DNA from: a virus | Length of the DNA: 64,000 nt | Strand: one strand, 5' to 3' | IMG/VR virus record: IMGVR_UViG_3300047557_001530 | Coordinates: 32,001 to 96,000 of that record | Part shown: positions 11,449 through 20,506 of the stretch, one piece after another | How positions within the stretch are numbered: position 1 is the first letter of the stretch | Layout: the number at the start of each line of letters is the position of its first letter | Notes under the pieces: generated by a model | Told to the model about the DNA's origin: nothing | Seen by the model: the letters and a program-made list of their open reading frames with translations, nothing else | The model's database searches: none | Made by a program: the position numbers and the translations under genes

Positions 11449-12675
11449 ATGAGTAAGTTTCAAACTATAACTTCTAGTGCTGAGTTAGATTATCCTAAAG
11501 TTCTTCCAACTTTAGATCTTAATTTTGATGCAACAAAAACATTAGATCCTAGAATTATTTTTACTAGAAGTTCTGGAGGAACTTATGTTGATGAAACTGG
11601 TATCATTAGAATTGCTGGTGTTAACCAACCAAGATTTGATCATAATCCTTTGACTGGTGAATGTCTTGGTTTGTTGGTGGAAGAGAGTAGGAGTAATAAC
11701 CAAGCATTCAGTAATACTTTTAATTCAGCAGGATTATCTGGAGCCGATTATAGGTGGCAAGATATTGTTGCAGTAACTGCACAAAATAATTTATATCCCG
11801 ATCCATTCGGTACTAATACTGCAACAAGAATCATTCCTACAACTACTTCTACTTCACATTATATTGGTAGATATCAAGCATATGGAACTGCAGCACATGC
11901 ACATTCTGTATTTTTAAAACCTGCTGGATATAGTAGAGTATTGGTAGAAGTAAACGGAAATACATTTACTGCAAATCTTTCTGGTAGTGGTAGTTTTGCA
12001 AATAATAATTCTACTACATATGCAACAAAAATTCAAGCATTTTCAAACGGGTGGTATAGATTAGAATGGATTTGGAATAATACTGGCGGCGGTGGTGCTA
12101 ATACGACAATGCCAAGAATTTTTATTTTAGACAATTCTGGTAATTCTACATTTGCTGGAAATGGTGCATCAGGCATTGATTTTTTTGGATATCAGCAAGA
12201 ATTTGGTTTCTTTTGTACATCATACATCCCAACAGGAGCTTCTGCATTAACAAGGGCTAGAGATAATTTAAGTATTTCTTTAACACCTTGGTACAATAAC
12301 AATGAAGGCACAGTATTATTTAATTCTTCTCTTTCTGACAGCACTGATGGCACACCATCTATAATTTTTGGTCCATATCTTTGGGCCACTGCTCCTAATT
12401 TATGGAGAACAAGTGGAAATCAAGGTATACTAAATACTAGCTCTTCAAGGACAACAAGAACTAGACATATATTTGCACTTAGACAAAATGATCATGCTCT
12501 TTGTATTAATGGAGGATCTGTGTCAACACCTTTTGCAAATAATTCTCATTCTCCATCTGGAGGTTCTGTAGTAGGATTTAACAGTAGTGGATCAACACTA
12601 AATGGATATTTAAATCGTTTAACATATTGGCCTATAAGATTATCCAATCGGACATTACAAAGACTTACCGAATAA
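11449..12675 (+). CDS. Single-module fibre/adhesin paralogue
   Basis: 408 aa. Same N-terminus (PTLDLNF...LDPRIIFTRSSGGTY...GLLVEESRSN) and a lectin-like C-terminal domain ending RLTYWPIRLSN. Confidence 0.7.
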   Translation: MSKFQTITSSAELDYPKVLPTLDLNFDATKTLDPRIIFTRSSGGTYVDETGIIRIAGVNQPRFDHNPLTGECLGLLVEESRSNNQAFSNTFNSAGLSGADYRWQDIVAVTAQNNLYPDPFGTNTATRIIPTTTSTSHYIGRYQAYGTAAHAHSVFLKPAGYSRVLVEVNGNTFTANLSGSGSFANNNSTTYATKIQAFSNGWYRLEWIWNNTGGGGANTTMPRIFILDNSGNSTFAGNGASGIDFFGYQQEFGFFCTSYIPTGASALTRARDNLSISLTPWYNNNEGTVLFNSSLSDSTDGTPSIIFGPYLWATAPNLWRTSGNQGILNTSSSRTTRTRHIFALRQNDHALCINGGSVSTPFANNSHSPSGGSVVGFNSSGSTLNGYLNRLTYWPIRLSNRTLQRLTE

Positions 12676-12709
12676 TCATAAATAATTAAAAATAATAGAG
12701 AGATCTATC

Positions 12710-13057
12710 ATGCTTAAAGATTATTATTTAAAATTTGCTTCCAAAGAAGAAGCTCTTGAAGTGTTTTCTTCAATTTCAGAGCATACTATTACTAATCCAC
12801 AAACTCAAGAAGTAACAGTTTCTCAAGGTAACGGAACTTTTGCAATTGATGAAGTTGGTGTTATTTACAATAATGATGCAGTTTTTTCAACTGATCAAGA
12901 AACTGGAGAAATTACTTTAGTAACTCCAGCAACTTCCGTAGAAGGTTATCATTATAATTATAGAATTGTATTTGGTAACAATGAAGAAATTCCTCTACCA
13001 ACTGAATTAGAACCATACATAGTAACTCCCCAAACACCTGTTAGAGTTTGGTTCTAA
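12710..13057 (+). CDS. Small fibre-associated protein, putative assembly chaperone or tip protein
   Basis: 115 aa with the DYYLKF...GYHYNYR...PQTPVRVW pattern that I recall from ORFs following this type of fibre gene in other phages. Confidence 0.6.
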   Translation: MLKDYYLKFASKEEALEVFSSISEHTITNPQTQEVTVSQGNGTFAIDEVGVIYNNDAVFSTDQETGEITLVTPATSVEGYHYNYRIVFGNNEEIPLPTELEPYIVTPQTPVRVWF

Positions 13058-13096
13058 ATAATTAAAATTTTTCTGTACTACAGAGGTAACTAATAA

Positions 13097-13504
13097 ATGG
13101 CTAGTTTGATTGGATCAGCACCAAACCAAATTTCAACCAATGGAATGCTTGGTGAATTGGCATTTATGAATTCTTCTGGGATTACAGTAGAAAGAATTCA
13201 ATCTACTGTTGGTTTATCACAGACCTCACCAACATTCACTGGTGCTACAGTTACAACTAATGATTTTACTAACCTTGTTTTACAGCCCCAAGGAGGAAAC
13301 GTAGTCGTCAATGGTTCTGGTTCTGCACTAGCCACTACAACTACTTCTGGTTTTCTGTGTATAACTAGTTGTGCAGGAATTCCTTCTGGTGCTCCTGCTT
13401 CTGGTGCAATTCCCACTGGAATGGTTCCAATGATTGTTGATTCAACAAATAACAGATTGTATTTAAGAATTGGTTCTACTTGGCGTTATGCTACATTAAC
13501 GTGA
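13097..13504 (+). CDS. Small fibre-like protein sharing the GxAPNQIxxNxxLGxLAF motif with the collagen fibre
   Basis: 135 aa. SD-like gaggt upstream. C-terminal DSTNNRLYLRIGSTWR motif typical of fibre joints. Confidence 0.65.
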   Translation: MASLIGSAPNQISTNGMLGELAFMNSSGITVERIQSTVGLSQTSPTFTGATVTTNDFTNLVLQPQGGNVVVNGSGSALATTTTSGFLCITSCAGIPSGAPASGAIPTGMVPMIVDSTNNRLYLRIGSTWRYATLT

Positions 13505-13514
13505 GGAATTTGGT

Positions 13515-14765
13515 ATGAGTATAGACAATTTATCTGGTTCTACTGCGTCTTTAGATTATCCAGAATTTAGACCAACGTTAGATTTAAATTTTGCTAGAAC
13601 AAAAACATTAGATCCTAGAGTTACTTTTAGTAGAAGTTCTGGTGGTACTTTTGTTGGTCCTGATGGGTTGATTAAAATTGCTGGCGTAAATCAACCAAGA
13701 TTCGATCACAATCCTATTACTGGGGAATCTTTGGGATTGTTAATTGAAGAGAGTAGAATTAATTATGCAAGTCAATCTTTTGTTGCTATCAATTCAACAT
13801 TAGTTTCTTCTAACGATACAACATATCAACCTGTGCAAGGAGGTAGTGTTTATAGATTTAGAATAGGGGCAAGTGGATTACAATTTTATATTCCTTTATT
13901 TAATGCCCCTGGTTATTCTAGTACTGGATTATCTGATGTTTTAACATTTTATTTAAGATCTGATTTACCCGTTACTATTACTTCAAACGTTGATGGCGGG
14001 AATGCATTGAATTCAGGATTATATTTTAGTAACGGAACAACAACTAATTATAGTACATCTATTACTTCGCAGCCAGAACTACTAGGATTTACTAAGTATA
14101 CTATAGTTTATACTGCATTACAGACGAATGGCAATAATATTTCTAGAGCACAAATTAATGTAAGTGGTACTCAAGGAACTGATTTCTATGTTTTTGGTGC
14201 TCAATGGGAAAGTAGATCTATATACCCAACTTCATATATTCCAACTACCACTGCGTCCGTAACAAGAGCAGTTGATGTTGTTAATATGACTGGATCTAAT
14301 TTTAGTAGTTGGTTTAATTATAATTCATCTACTTTATATTACGAAGGAATTGTAAAAAGTGATTTTTACAATGGAACTCATTCTTATATAGCAACCATTG
14401 ATAGTGGTACAAATGATGGGTCTTTTTATATGAGAGATAGAATTGTATTATCTGGCAATACAATAACTTTCCAATCTACATTACCTTCTAGTGGATCTAC
14501 TGTTGGAAATGTGTCTCTTTCATATGGTAAGCCTGTTGTAAATACTTTCAACAAATATGTACATGCATTAGACTCATCTGGCGGTGCTTCTGCTTCTCTT
14601 AATGGAAATCTTGGTACTTCATATTTTTCTAATTCAATTCATGTTCCTAATACATTGCAATTAGGAATGCATGGAACTGCATATAGAACAAGTTGTATTA
14701 TTTCTAGACTTACCTATTGGCCTAGAAGATTACCAAATAATATGCTTCAAAATCTTACTAGATAA
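13515..14765 (+). CDS. Single-module fibre/adhesin paralogue
   Basis: 416 aa, same architecture as 11449..12675, ending RLTYWPRRLPN. Confidence 0.7.
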   Translation: MSIDNLSGSTASLDYPEFRPTLDLNFARTKTLDPRVTFSRSSGGTFVGPDGLIKIAGVNQPRFDHNPITGESLGLLIEESRINYASQSFVAINSTLVSSNDTTYQPVQGGSVYRFRIGASGLQFYIPLFNAPGYSSTGLSDVLTFYLRSDLPVTITSNVDGGNALNSGLYFSNGTTTNYSTSITSQPELLGFTKYTIVYTALQTNGNNISRAQINVSGTQGTDFYVFGAQWESRSIYPTSYIPTTTASVTRAVDVVNMTGSNFSSWFNYNSSTLYYEGIVKSDFYNGTHSYIATIDSGTNDGSFYMRDRIVLSGNTITFQSTLPSSGSTVGNVSLSYGKPVVNTFNKYVHALDSSGGASASLNGNLGTSYFSNSIHVPNTLQLGMHGTAYRTSCIISRLTYWPRRLPNNMLQNLTR

Positions 14766-14768
14766 ATC

Positions 14769-16667
14769 ATGACCGTATACAGAGTACAACCAGCAAAATC
14801 TTCTGAGGCTTCTTACCCAAGATTAAGACCTACTTTTGATGAAAATTTTATTGAGACTAAAACATTAGATCCATCAATGACTTTCAGTAGAAGTTCTGGT
14901 GGTACTTTTGTTGGTCCTGATGGCTTGATTAAAATTGCTGGAGTTAATCAACCAAGGTTTGATCATGATTTAACTACAGGTACATGCAATGGTTTATTAG
15001 TAGAAGAAAGCAGAGGTAATAGCCTTCCATATTCTCAAGGATTTACTACAGGTTGGCATACAGCAAGAGCACAAGTAGTAACAGGTCAATTAGACCCAAT
15101 GGGAGGAACTAATGCAATATTAGTAAGACAAACCAATGGAACCTCTACTAGGCAGTATATTTCTAATTTATCATCTACAAGAATTACTGCAAATTTTACA
15201 GTAAGTGTTTTTGTAAAATATGTTAATTATGATTTTGTTATTTTAACAGGTGCAGACGAAGATAGTGGATCTACTGGTGATCGTTTTGGATATTTGCTAC
15301 CAAAATTAAGATTCCAATTTTCTACCGAAACAATTGCATTTCAAGAAAGTACTTGGCCTGGTACTTCTACATCAACTTTAGGATATGGATTTCAAAAATA
15401 TCCTAATGGATGGTATAGACTATGGTTTACTAGAAATACTGCAGTAAGAAATAATTATTGGGGTATTGCTGTACAATCCAATCCTTTTGTTGATATAAAT
15501 GATCTAAATTTAGTGACTGGGGATGGATCTTCTTCTGTACTTGCATTTGGTTTTCAGGTAGAAACTGGATTCAGACCAACAAGTTATATTATAACAGGAG
15601 CTTCTGGTGTTACTAGAGCAGCAGATAGACCAATCATTAATAGAAGTATAAACACTTCAGGAACTCTATATGTTGAAGCAATTACACCAACAACTTCTGG
15701 GGTTATTGTTGCTACAGACAATGGTACTCAAGGATTATCAATTACCTTAAATAATGCGAATGATTCTAGATATGCTTTGTATTATAATACAAATAGATAT
15801 TTACAAACAAGTTCTTCAAGTACATTAATTCCAACAGAAATTAGAGACATAACTATTCCGTCAAATATGAATAGAATTTCTTTGGGATATTCTGAATTGG
15901 CTTCTAGTGGTTATATAAATGGAACTATAAAGAGATTTACTTACTATGCAGCTCCTTTAACAGAACCTAATATCAAAGCTTTAGTTGGAAATACTAATAA
16001 TACATTTAGAGATCCTTTTGGTATTGTTACTCCAGGATTAGTTTTAAATCTTGATGCTGGTAATGTTATTTCTTATTCTGGAGCTGGGACAGCATGGAGA
16101 GATTTGAGTGGTAATGGTCTTAATGGAACATTAATAAATGGTCCATCTTATAATAATTCAAATAATGGATCGGTAGTTTTTGATGGAACTAATGATCTAG
16201 TATCAATTACTTATAATTCTGTATTTAATTTAGTTACATCAACAACTATTAATATTTGGTATTTTACTTCTGGTAGTAGTGGATATATTCTGAATAGGGA
16301 TAAAGGTGGTTGGGAAGGTTACAATATAGGACCAGGGAGTATATCTTATTCTGGTCAAGTTGGAGGAAATGATTTTGACTACAGTTGGGGCTATTCAACT
16401 AATAGATGGAATATGCTTACATGGGTCGTAAATAGACAAAGTGGATTTTACTTAATTTATTTAAATGGCGTTCAACAAGGAACATCATTTGCTATTACAC
16501 ATCCAGCATTAAATTCAACAAATCCACTTTATTTGGGATCTAGAGGAGGTGTTCCTGACAATTTCTTCAATGGCAGAATATCCAATGTTTTAGTATACAA
16601 TAGAGCATTATCTGCAACAGAAATTACACAAAATTTTAATGCTGTTAGATCTAGATATGGAGTTTGA
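14769..16667 (+). CDS. Single-module fibre/adhesin paralogue plus LamG domain
   Basis: 632 aa. Shared N-terminus and a C-terminal GLVLNLDAGN...NFNAVRSRYGV domain. Confidence 0.7.
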   Translation: MTVYRVQPAKSSEASYPRLRPTFDENFIETKTLDPSMTFSRSSGGTFVGPDGLIKIAGVNQPRFDHDLTTGTCNGLLVEESRGNSLPYSQGFTTGWHTARAQVVTGQLDPMGGTNAILVRQTNGTSTRQYISNLSSTRITANFTVSVFVKYVNYDFVILTGADEDSGSTGDRFGYLLPKLRFQFSTETIAFQESTWPGTSTSTLGYGFQKYPNGWYRLWFTRNTAVRNNYWGIAVQSNPFVDINDLNLVTGDGSSSVLAFGFQVETGFRPTSYIITGASGVTRAADRPIINRSINTSGTLYVEAITPTTSGVIVATDNGTQGLSITLNNANDSRYALYYNTNRYLQTSSSSTLIPTEIRDITIPSNMNRISLGYSELASSGYINGTIKRFTYYAAPLTEPNIKALVGNTNNTFRDPFGIVTPGLVLNLDAGNVISYSGAGTAWRDLSGNGLNGTLINGPSYNNSNNGSVVFDGTNDLVSITYNSVFNLVTSTTINIWYFTSGSSGYILNRDKGGWEGYNIGPGSISYSGQVGGNDFDYSWGYSTNRWNMLTWVVNRQSGFYLIYLNGVQQGTSFAITHPALNSTNPLYLGSRGGVPDNFFNGRISNVLVYNRALSATEITQNFNAVRSRYGV

Positions 16668-16707
16668 TAACTCAAATAAATAGTTGAAATGATTCTTTTG
16701 TTCTTTC

Positions 16708-17688
16708 ATGAGTGAAACTTTTGTCAAGTATGCACTGGAAAATAATGGTACAATTGCTCCTTTATTAATTCCATCACAAGATTTAAATGGTCCTGGATTA
16801 ACAAATCCATCAGTCTTAGTTATAGAAGGCAGAATTTTTGTAAATCTCAGAAATATAAATTATACCCTATATCACTCAGAGAAAAAGAAGTATGAGCATG
16901 TTTGGGGTCCTTTAGTTTATATTCATCCAGAGAATGAATTAAAACTTAAAACAGTAAATATTTTCTGTGAATTAAATCCAGACCTTAGTATTAAAAGTTA
17001 TTCAGCAATAGATACTAGTGCTTTAGATCAAGAACCCATTTGGGAATTTGTTGGTCTTGAAGATGGTAGATTAATTTATTGGGATAATAAATTGTACCTC
17101 TGTGGTGTAAGAAGAGACACCACAACGAATGGTCAAGGTAGAATGGAGTTATCTGAATTAGTTTTGGATGGCTCTAGAGTAGTGGAAATTGCAAGAACTC
17201 GTATTCCTTGTCCAGGAAACGATGATTCATATTGCGAAAAAAACTGGATGCCTATCTTAGATCAACCATATAGATTTGTCAAGTGGTCTAATCCACTAGA
17301 ATTAGTTGACGTTGATATGGGAGGTATTACTTGCCATACTGTTTTAAATGGTCCTCAAATTCCAGGGCATAAAGATTGGCGAGGAGGGTCTCAAGTTGTT
17401 AGATGGGGAGATTATTATATTTGTCTTGTTCACGAAACAAATCTTCTATGGAGCGAGGCAGGTAGAAAAGATGCAGTCTACCGTCATAGATTTATTATTT
17501 GGGACGAGCATTGGAGATTTGTCAACTGTTCTAGAGAGTTTTCATTTATGAATGCAGACATTGAATTTGCAGTTGGTATGGATTTATATCAAGATCATTT
17601 TTTAATTACATTTGGTTATCAAGATAACGCAGCATATATTCTTAAAGTTCCAGAAATTGTAGTGGAGAATTTTATCAATGAACAATAA
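16708..17688 (+). CDS. Five-bladed beta-propeller glycosidase/phosphorylase-like protein (GH130-like)
   Basis: Motifs NPSV, GLEDGRL, EKNWMP, RGGSQ and IEFAVGM resemble the GH130-type propeller. Confidence 0.6.
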   Translation: MSETFVKYALENNGTIAPLLIPSQDLNGPGLTNPSVLVIEGRIFVNLRNINYTLYHSEKKKYEHVWGPLVYIHPENELKLKTVNIFCELNPDLSIKSYSAIDTSALDQEPIWEFVGLEDGRLIYWDNKLYLCGVRRDTTTNGQGRMELSELVLDGSRVVEIARTRIPCPGNDDSYCEKNWMPILDQPYRFVKWSNPLELVDVDMGGITCHTVLNGPQIPGHKDWRGGSQVVRWGDYYICLVHETNLLWSEAGRKDAVYRHRFIIWDEHWRFVNCSREFSFMNADIEFAVGMDLYQDHFLITFGYQDNAAYILKVPEIVVENFINEQ

Positions 17689-20236
17689 ATTAGAAGGTCT
17701 TCCATCAATTTATTATATTAGTATCGAGGAATCTACGCAAAGGCGTGAACACATGTTCAAGCAATTTGCTGAATATGGCATTACTAATTTGAATGGATTA
17801 GTGTATAAAAGATTTCACGAATATAATTTCCATCTTTACGGAAAATACGTTGATCAACTTCACCATAATAGTAAGGGACCTGTAACATCTCACCTTAATG
17901 CAGTAAGATGGTGGGTAGAGAATACAGATGAAGATTACTGTTTTATTATTGAAGATGATATTTCACTAGAGCCAGTCAAGTATTGGAATTTTACTTGGAA
18001 AGAATTTTACGAAAGACTTCCCAAGAAATGGGATGTTATTCAAATGTCTTGGATTCGTCAAGATAATTTAGAGCCTTGTTTTAGAAAAAGAGTTGAAACC
18101 GATTGGGGTGCTTGTGCATATCTGATTAAAAGAGAATATGCAAAAAAATTAATTGAAACTTATATCAAACCAGATGGATATCACTTAGAAGTTCCTAATC
18201 GAACAATTCTTCCAATCATTGAAAACATTATGTTTACTGGTATGGGAACAGTTTATAACTTCCCATTATTTACAGAAGATGTTTATAATGTTGCATCTAC
18301 TTTTGATGGAACAGATCCAACTATTATATCTGGACAAGGAGATTGTCATGTTACTTCACATGAATACATTATGTACTGGTGGAAAACAAAAGGGACTAAA
18401 TTAACAATTGATGAGATAATGACTATGAAGCACATTTACCAAGAAGAGCAGTTTGGAGAAGATTGGTTTAGTTATCCAAATTTGTATAAAAATATAGTTA
18501 ATGAATTTTCTGACGGTAGTAAATTTGTTGAAGTTGGTTCTTGGAAAGGAAAGTCTTCTGCTTATATGGCAATTGAAATTGCTAACTCAAGAAAAGATAT
18601 TGAATTTACTTGTGTTGATACTTGGGAAGGAAGCGTAGAGCATCAAGGTCAAAAAGATTTACATCAACTCTATGATGTTTTCATTGAAAACATGAAACCA
18701 GTTGAAGAATTTTATACTCCTAAAAAGATGACTTCTCAAGAAGCTGTACACCTTTTTGACGATGGTTCTCTAGACTTTGTTTTTATTGATGCTTCTCACG
18801 AATATGAAGATGTCAAAGAAGATATTAAAGCTTGGATTAAGAAAGTTAAACCTGGAGGAGTTTTAGCTGGGCATGATTATTATGTAAACACCCACGATTA
18901 TTTTCCTGGTGTTAAACAAGCTGTCAATGAATGTTTAGATAATTTTGAAACTTCCGAAAACTGTTGGATTTATCGTGTAGGTACTCCGTCAAAGAATAGC
19001 TTAAATGTATTTGCGATGGATACCGAAAACCCAGAAGCAAACTTTGAATTAGGATTATGGTATAAAAATCAGAATCATTTAGCACCAGCAATGACGTATT
19101 TTCTCAGAGCTTCTGAAAGAACTGATGATAAAGATTTGGCATACGAGTCTCTTATTAACGGATTTTTCTGCTATGACAAACAAGGTCATCGAGAAATTTC
19201 AGCACAAAGTATGTTGCATCAAGCACTACTTGTAAATCCAAAAAGACCAGAAGCATATTACTTGCTTAGCAAATATTTTGAGCGTCATCAAGATTGGATG
19301 AGATCTTATCTATTTGCTGATCTTGGTTTACAGCTTTCTGAATTTGATTGCAAACCTCTTAAATCCAACGTAGAGTATCCAGGAATTTATGCTTTAAAAT
19401 TCCAAAAGGTTACTGCTGGTTGGTGGTGGGGGAAAGCAAATGAATGCAGAGAAATTTTGCAAGATCTTATGGATAATTATTGGGATGAAATGCCAGATGA
19501 ATATAGAATTTCTGTCGAAAATAATTTTTCTAGATTAGGTCTCACTAAAGATTCTCAAGCTTACTTACGTTATAGTAGTTCGGATTACAGTAAATTAAAA
19601 TTTAAATTTACCGACTGCGAAGATATTGATTGTAATTTTTCTCAAGTATATCAAGATATGTTTGTTCTTGCTGCCTCAAATGGCAAACGTAACGGAACTT
19701 TCTTGGAAATTGGTGGTGCAGAGCCATTCCATAATAACAACACAGCACTGCTTGAAAAAAATTATAAGTGGACAGGTGTTTCTGTTGAGTTAAATCAAGA
19801 TTTTGTAAATCAATATAAAAATGCAAGACCAAAAGTAAATTTAATTCATGCGGATGCTACTAAATTAAACTACAAAAAAATATTGAAAGATAATTTTGAG
19901 GGAGATACGATTGATTATTTACAATTAGATATTGAACCTGCAAAAAATACTTTTGAAGTTCTTTTAAATATTCCTTTTGATGATTATAAATTTACAGTAA
20001 TTACATATGAACATGATTATTATGTTGATGTAACTAAATCATATCGAGATAAATCTAGAAGATACTTAGAAATGATGGGGTACAAATTAATTGTGAATGA
20101 TATTTCAACCGATGGAGTAAGTACATTTGAAGATTGGTGGGTTCATCCTGAACTTATTGATCCAGATATTATTAATAAATTAATTTGTTGTGACGACAAA
20201 ATTAAAAAAGTTACTAATTATTTCCTCAATAAATAA
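17678..20236 (+). CDS. Multidomain GT25-like glycosyltransferase / class I SAM methyltransferase / TPR / FkbM-like methyltransferase
   Basis: YYISIEESTQRR...SH...IIEDD...AYLI (GT25-like); VEVGSWKGKS...FIDASH...PGGVLAGHDY (Methyltransf_24-like); PKRPEAYY (TPR); FLEIGG...NNT...IDYLQLDIE...FEDWWV (FkbM-like). Confidence 0.75.
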   Translation: MNNKLEGLPSIYYISIEESTQRREHMFKQFAEYGITNLNGLVYKRFHEYNFHLYGKYVDQLHHNSKGPVTSHLNAVRWWVENTDEDYCFIIEDDISLEPVKYWNFTWKEFYERLPKKWDVIQMSWIRQDNLEPCFRKRVETDWGACAYLIKREYAKKLIETYIKPDGYHLEVPNRTILPIIENIMFTGMGTVYNFPLFTEDVYNVASTFDGTDPTIISGQGDCHVTSHEYIMYWWKTKGTKLTIDEIMTMKHIYQEEQFGEDWFSYPNLYKNIVNEFSDGSKFVEVGSWKGKSSAYMAIEIANSRKDIEFTCVDTWEGSVEHQGQKDLHQLYDVFIENMKPVEEFYTPKKMTSQEAVHLFDDGSLDFVFIDASHEYEDVKEDIKAWIKKVKPGGVLAGHDYYVNTHDYFPGVKQAVNECLDNFETSENCWIYRVGTPSKNSLNVFAMDTENPEANFELGLWYKNQNHLAPAMTYFLRASERTDDKDLAYESLINGFFCYDKQGHREISAQSMLHQALLVNPKRPEAYYLLSKYFERHQDWMRSYLFADLGLQLSEFDCKPLKSNVEYPGIYALKFQKVTAGWWWGKANECREILQDLMDNYWDEMPDEYRISVENNFSRLGLTKDSQAYLRYSSSDYSKLKFKFTDCEDIDCNFSQVYQDMFVLAASNGKRNGTFLEIGGAEPFHNNNTALLEKNYKWTGVSVELNQDFVNQYKNARPKVNLIHADATKLNYKKILKDNFEGDTIDYLQLDIEPAKNTFEVLLNIPFDDYKFTVITYEHDYYVDVTKSYRDKSRRYLEMMGYKLIVNDISTDGVSTFEDWWVHPELIDPDIINKLICCDDKIKKVTNYFLNK

Positions 20237-20263
20237 TACAGTAGTTATGTTTTGAAAAATACT

Positions 20264-20452
20264 ATGGATCCAAATGCCCTCAAAGAAAATTTTAATAATC
20301 AACTGAAATCAGTAGAAGATCAAATTAAACAACTTGAAGCTGATCTAGAAAAAGCAAAAGAATATAAAGTTAAACTTCTCGGTGGTCTAGAAACTCTAGA
20401 GCTACTCACTAAACAAGAAGAAGAGGAACCAGAAGAAGTTCCTGCTGAGTGA
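20264..20452 (+). CDS. Small coiled-coil hypothetical protein
   Basis: ATG at 20264 in the frame of ORF 20252..20452; late promoter at 20229; heptad-like sequence. Confidence 0.65.
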   Translation: MDPNALKENFNNQLKSVEDQIKQLEADLEKAKEYKVKLLGGLETLELLTKQEEEEPEEVPAE

Positions 20453-20456
20453 TCAC

Positions 20457-20492
20457 AAATCCCTATCTGCTAAATACAGGTAGGGATTTTTT
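20457..20492 (+). terminator. Rho-independent terminator with a late-promoter motif in its loop
   Basis: aaatccctatctg-CTAAATA-caggtagggattt followed by more T. Confidence 0.7.
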
Positions 20493-20506
20493 GTATCTAA
20501 AAATAA

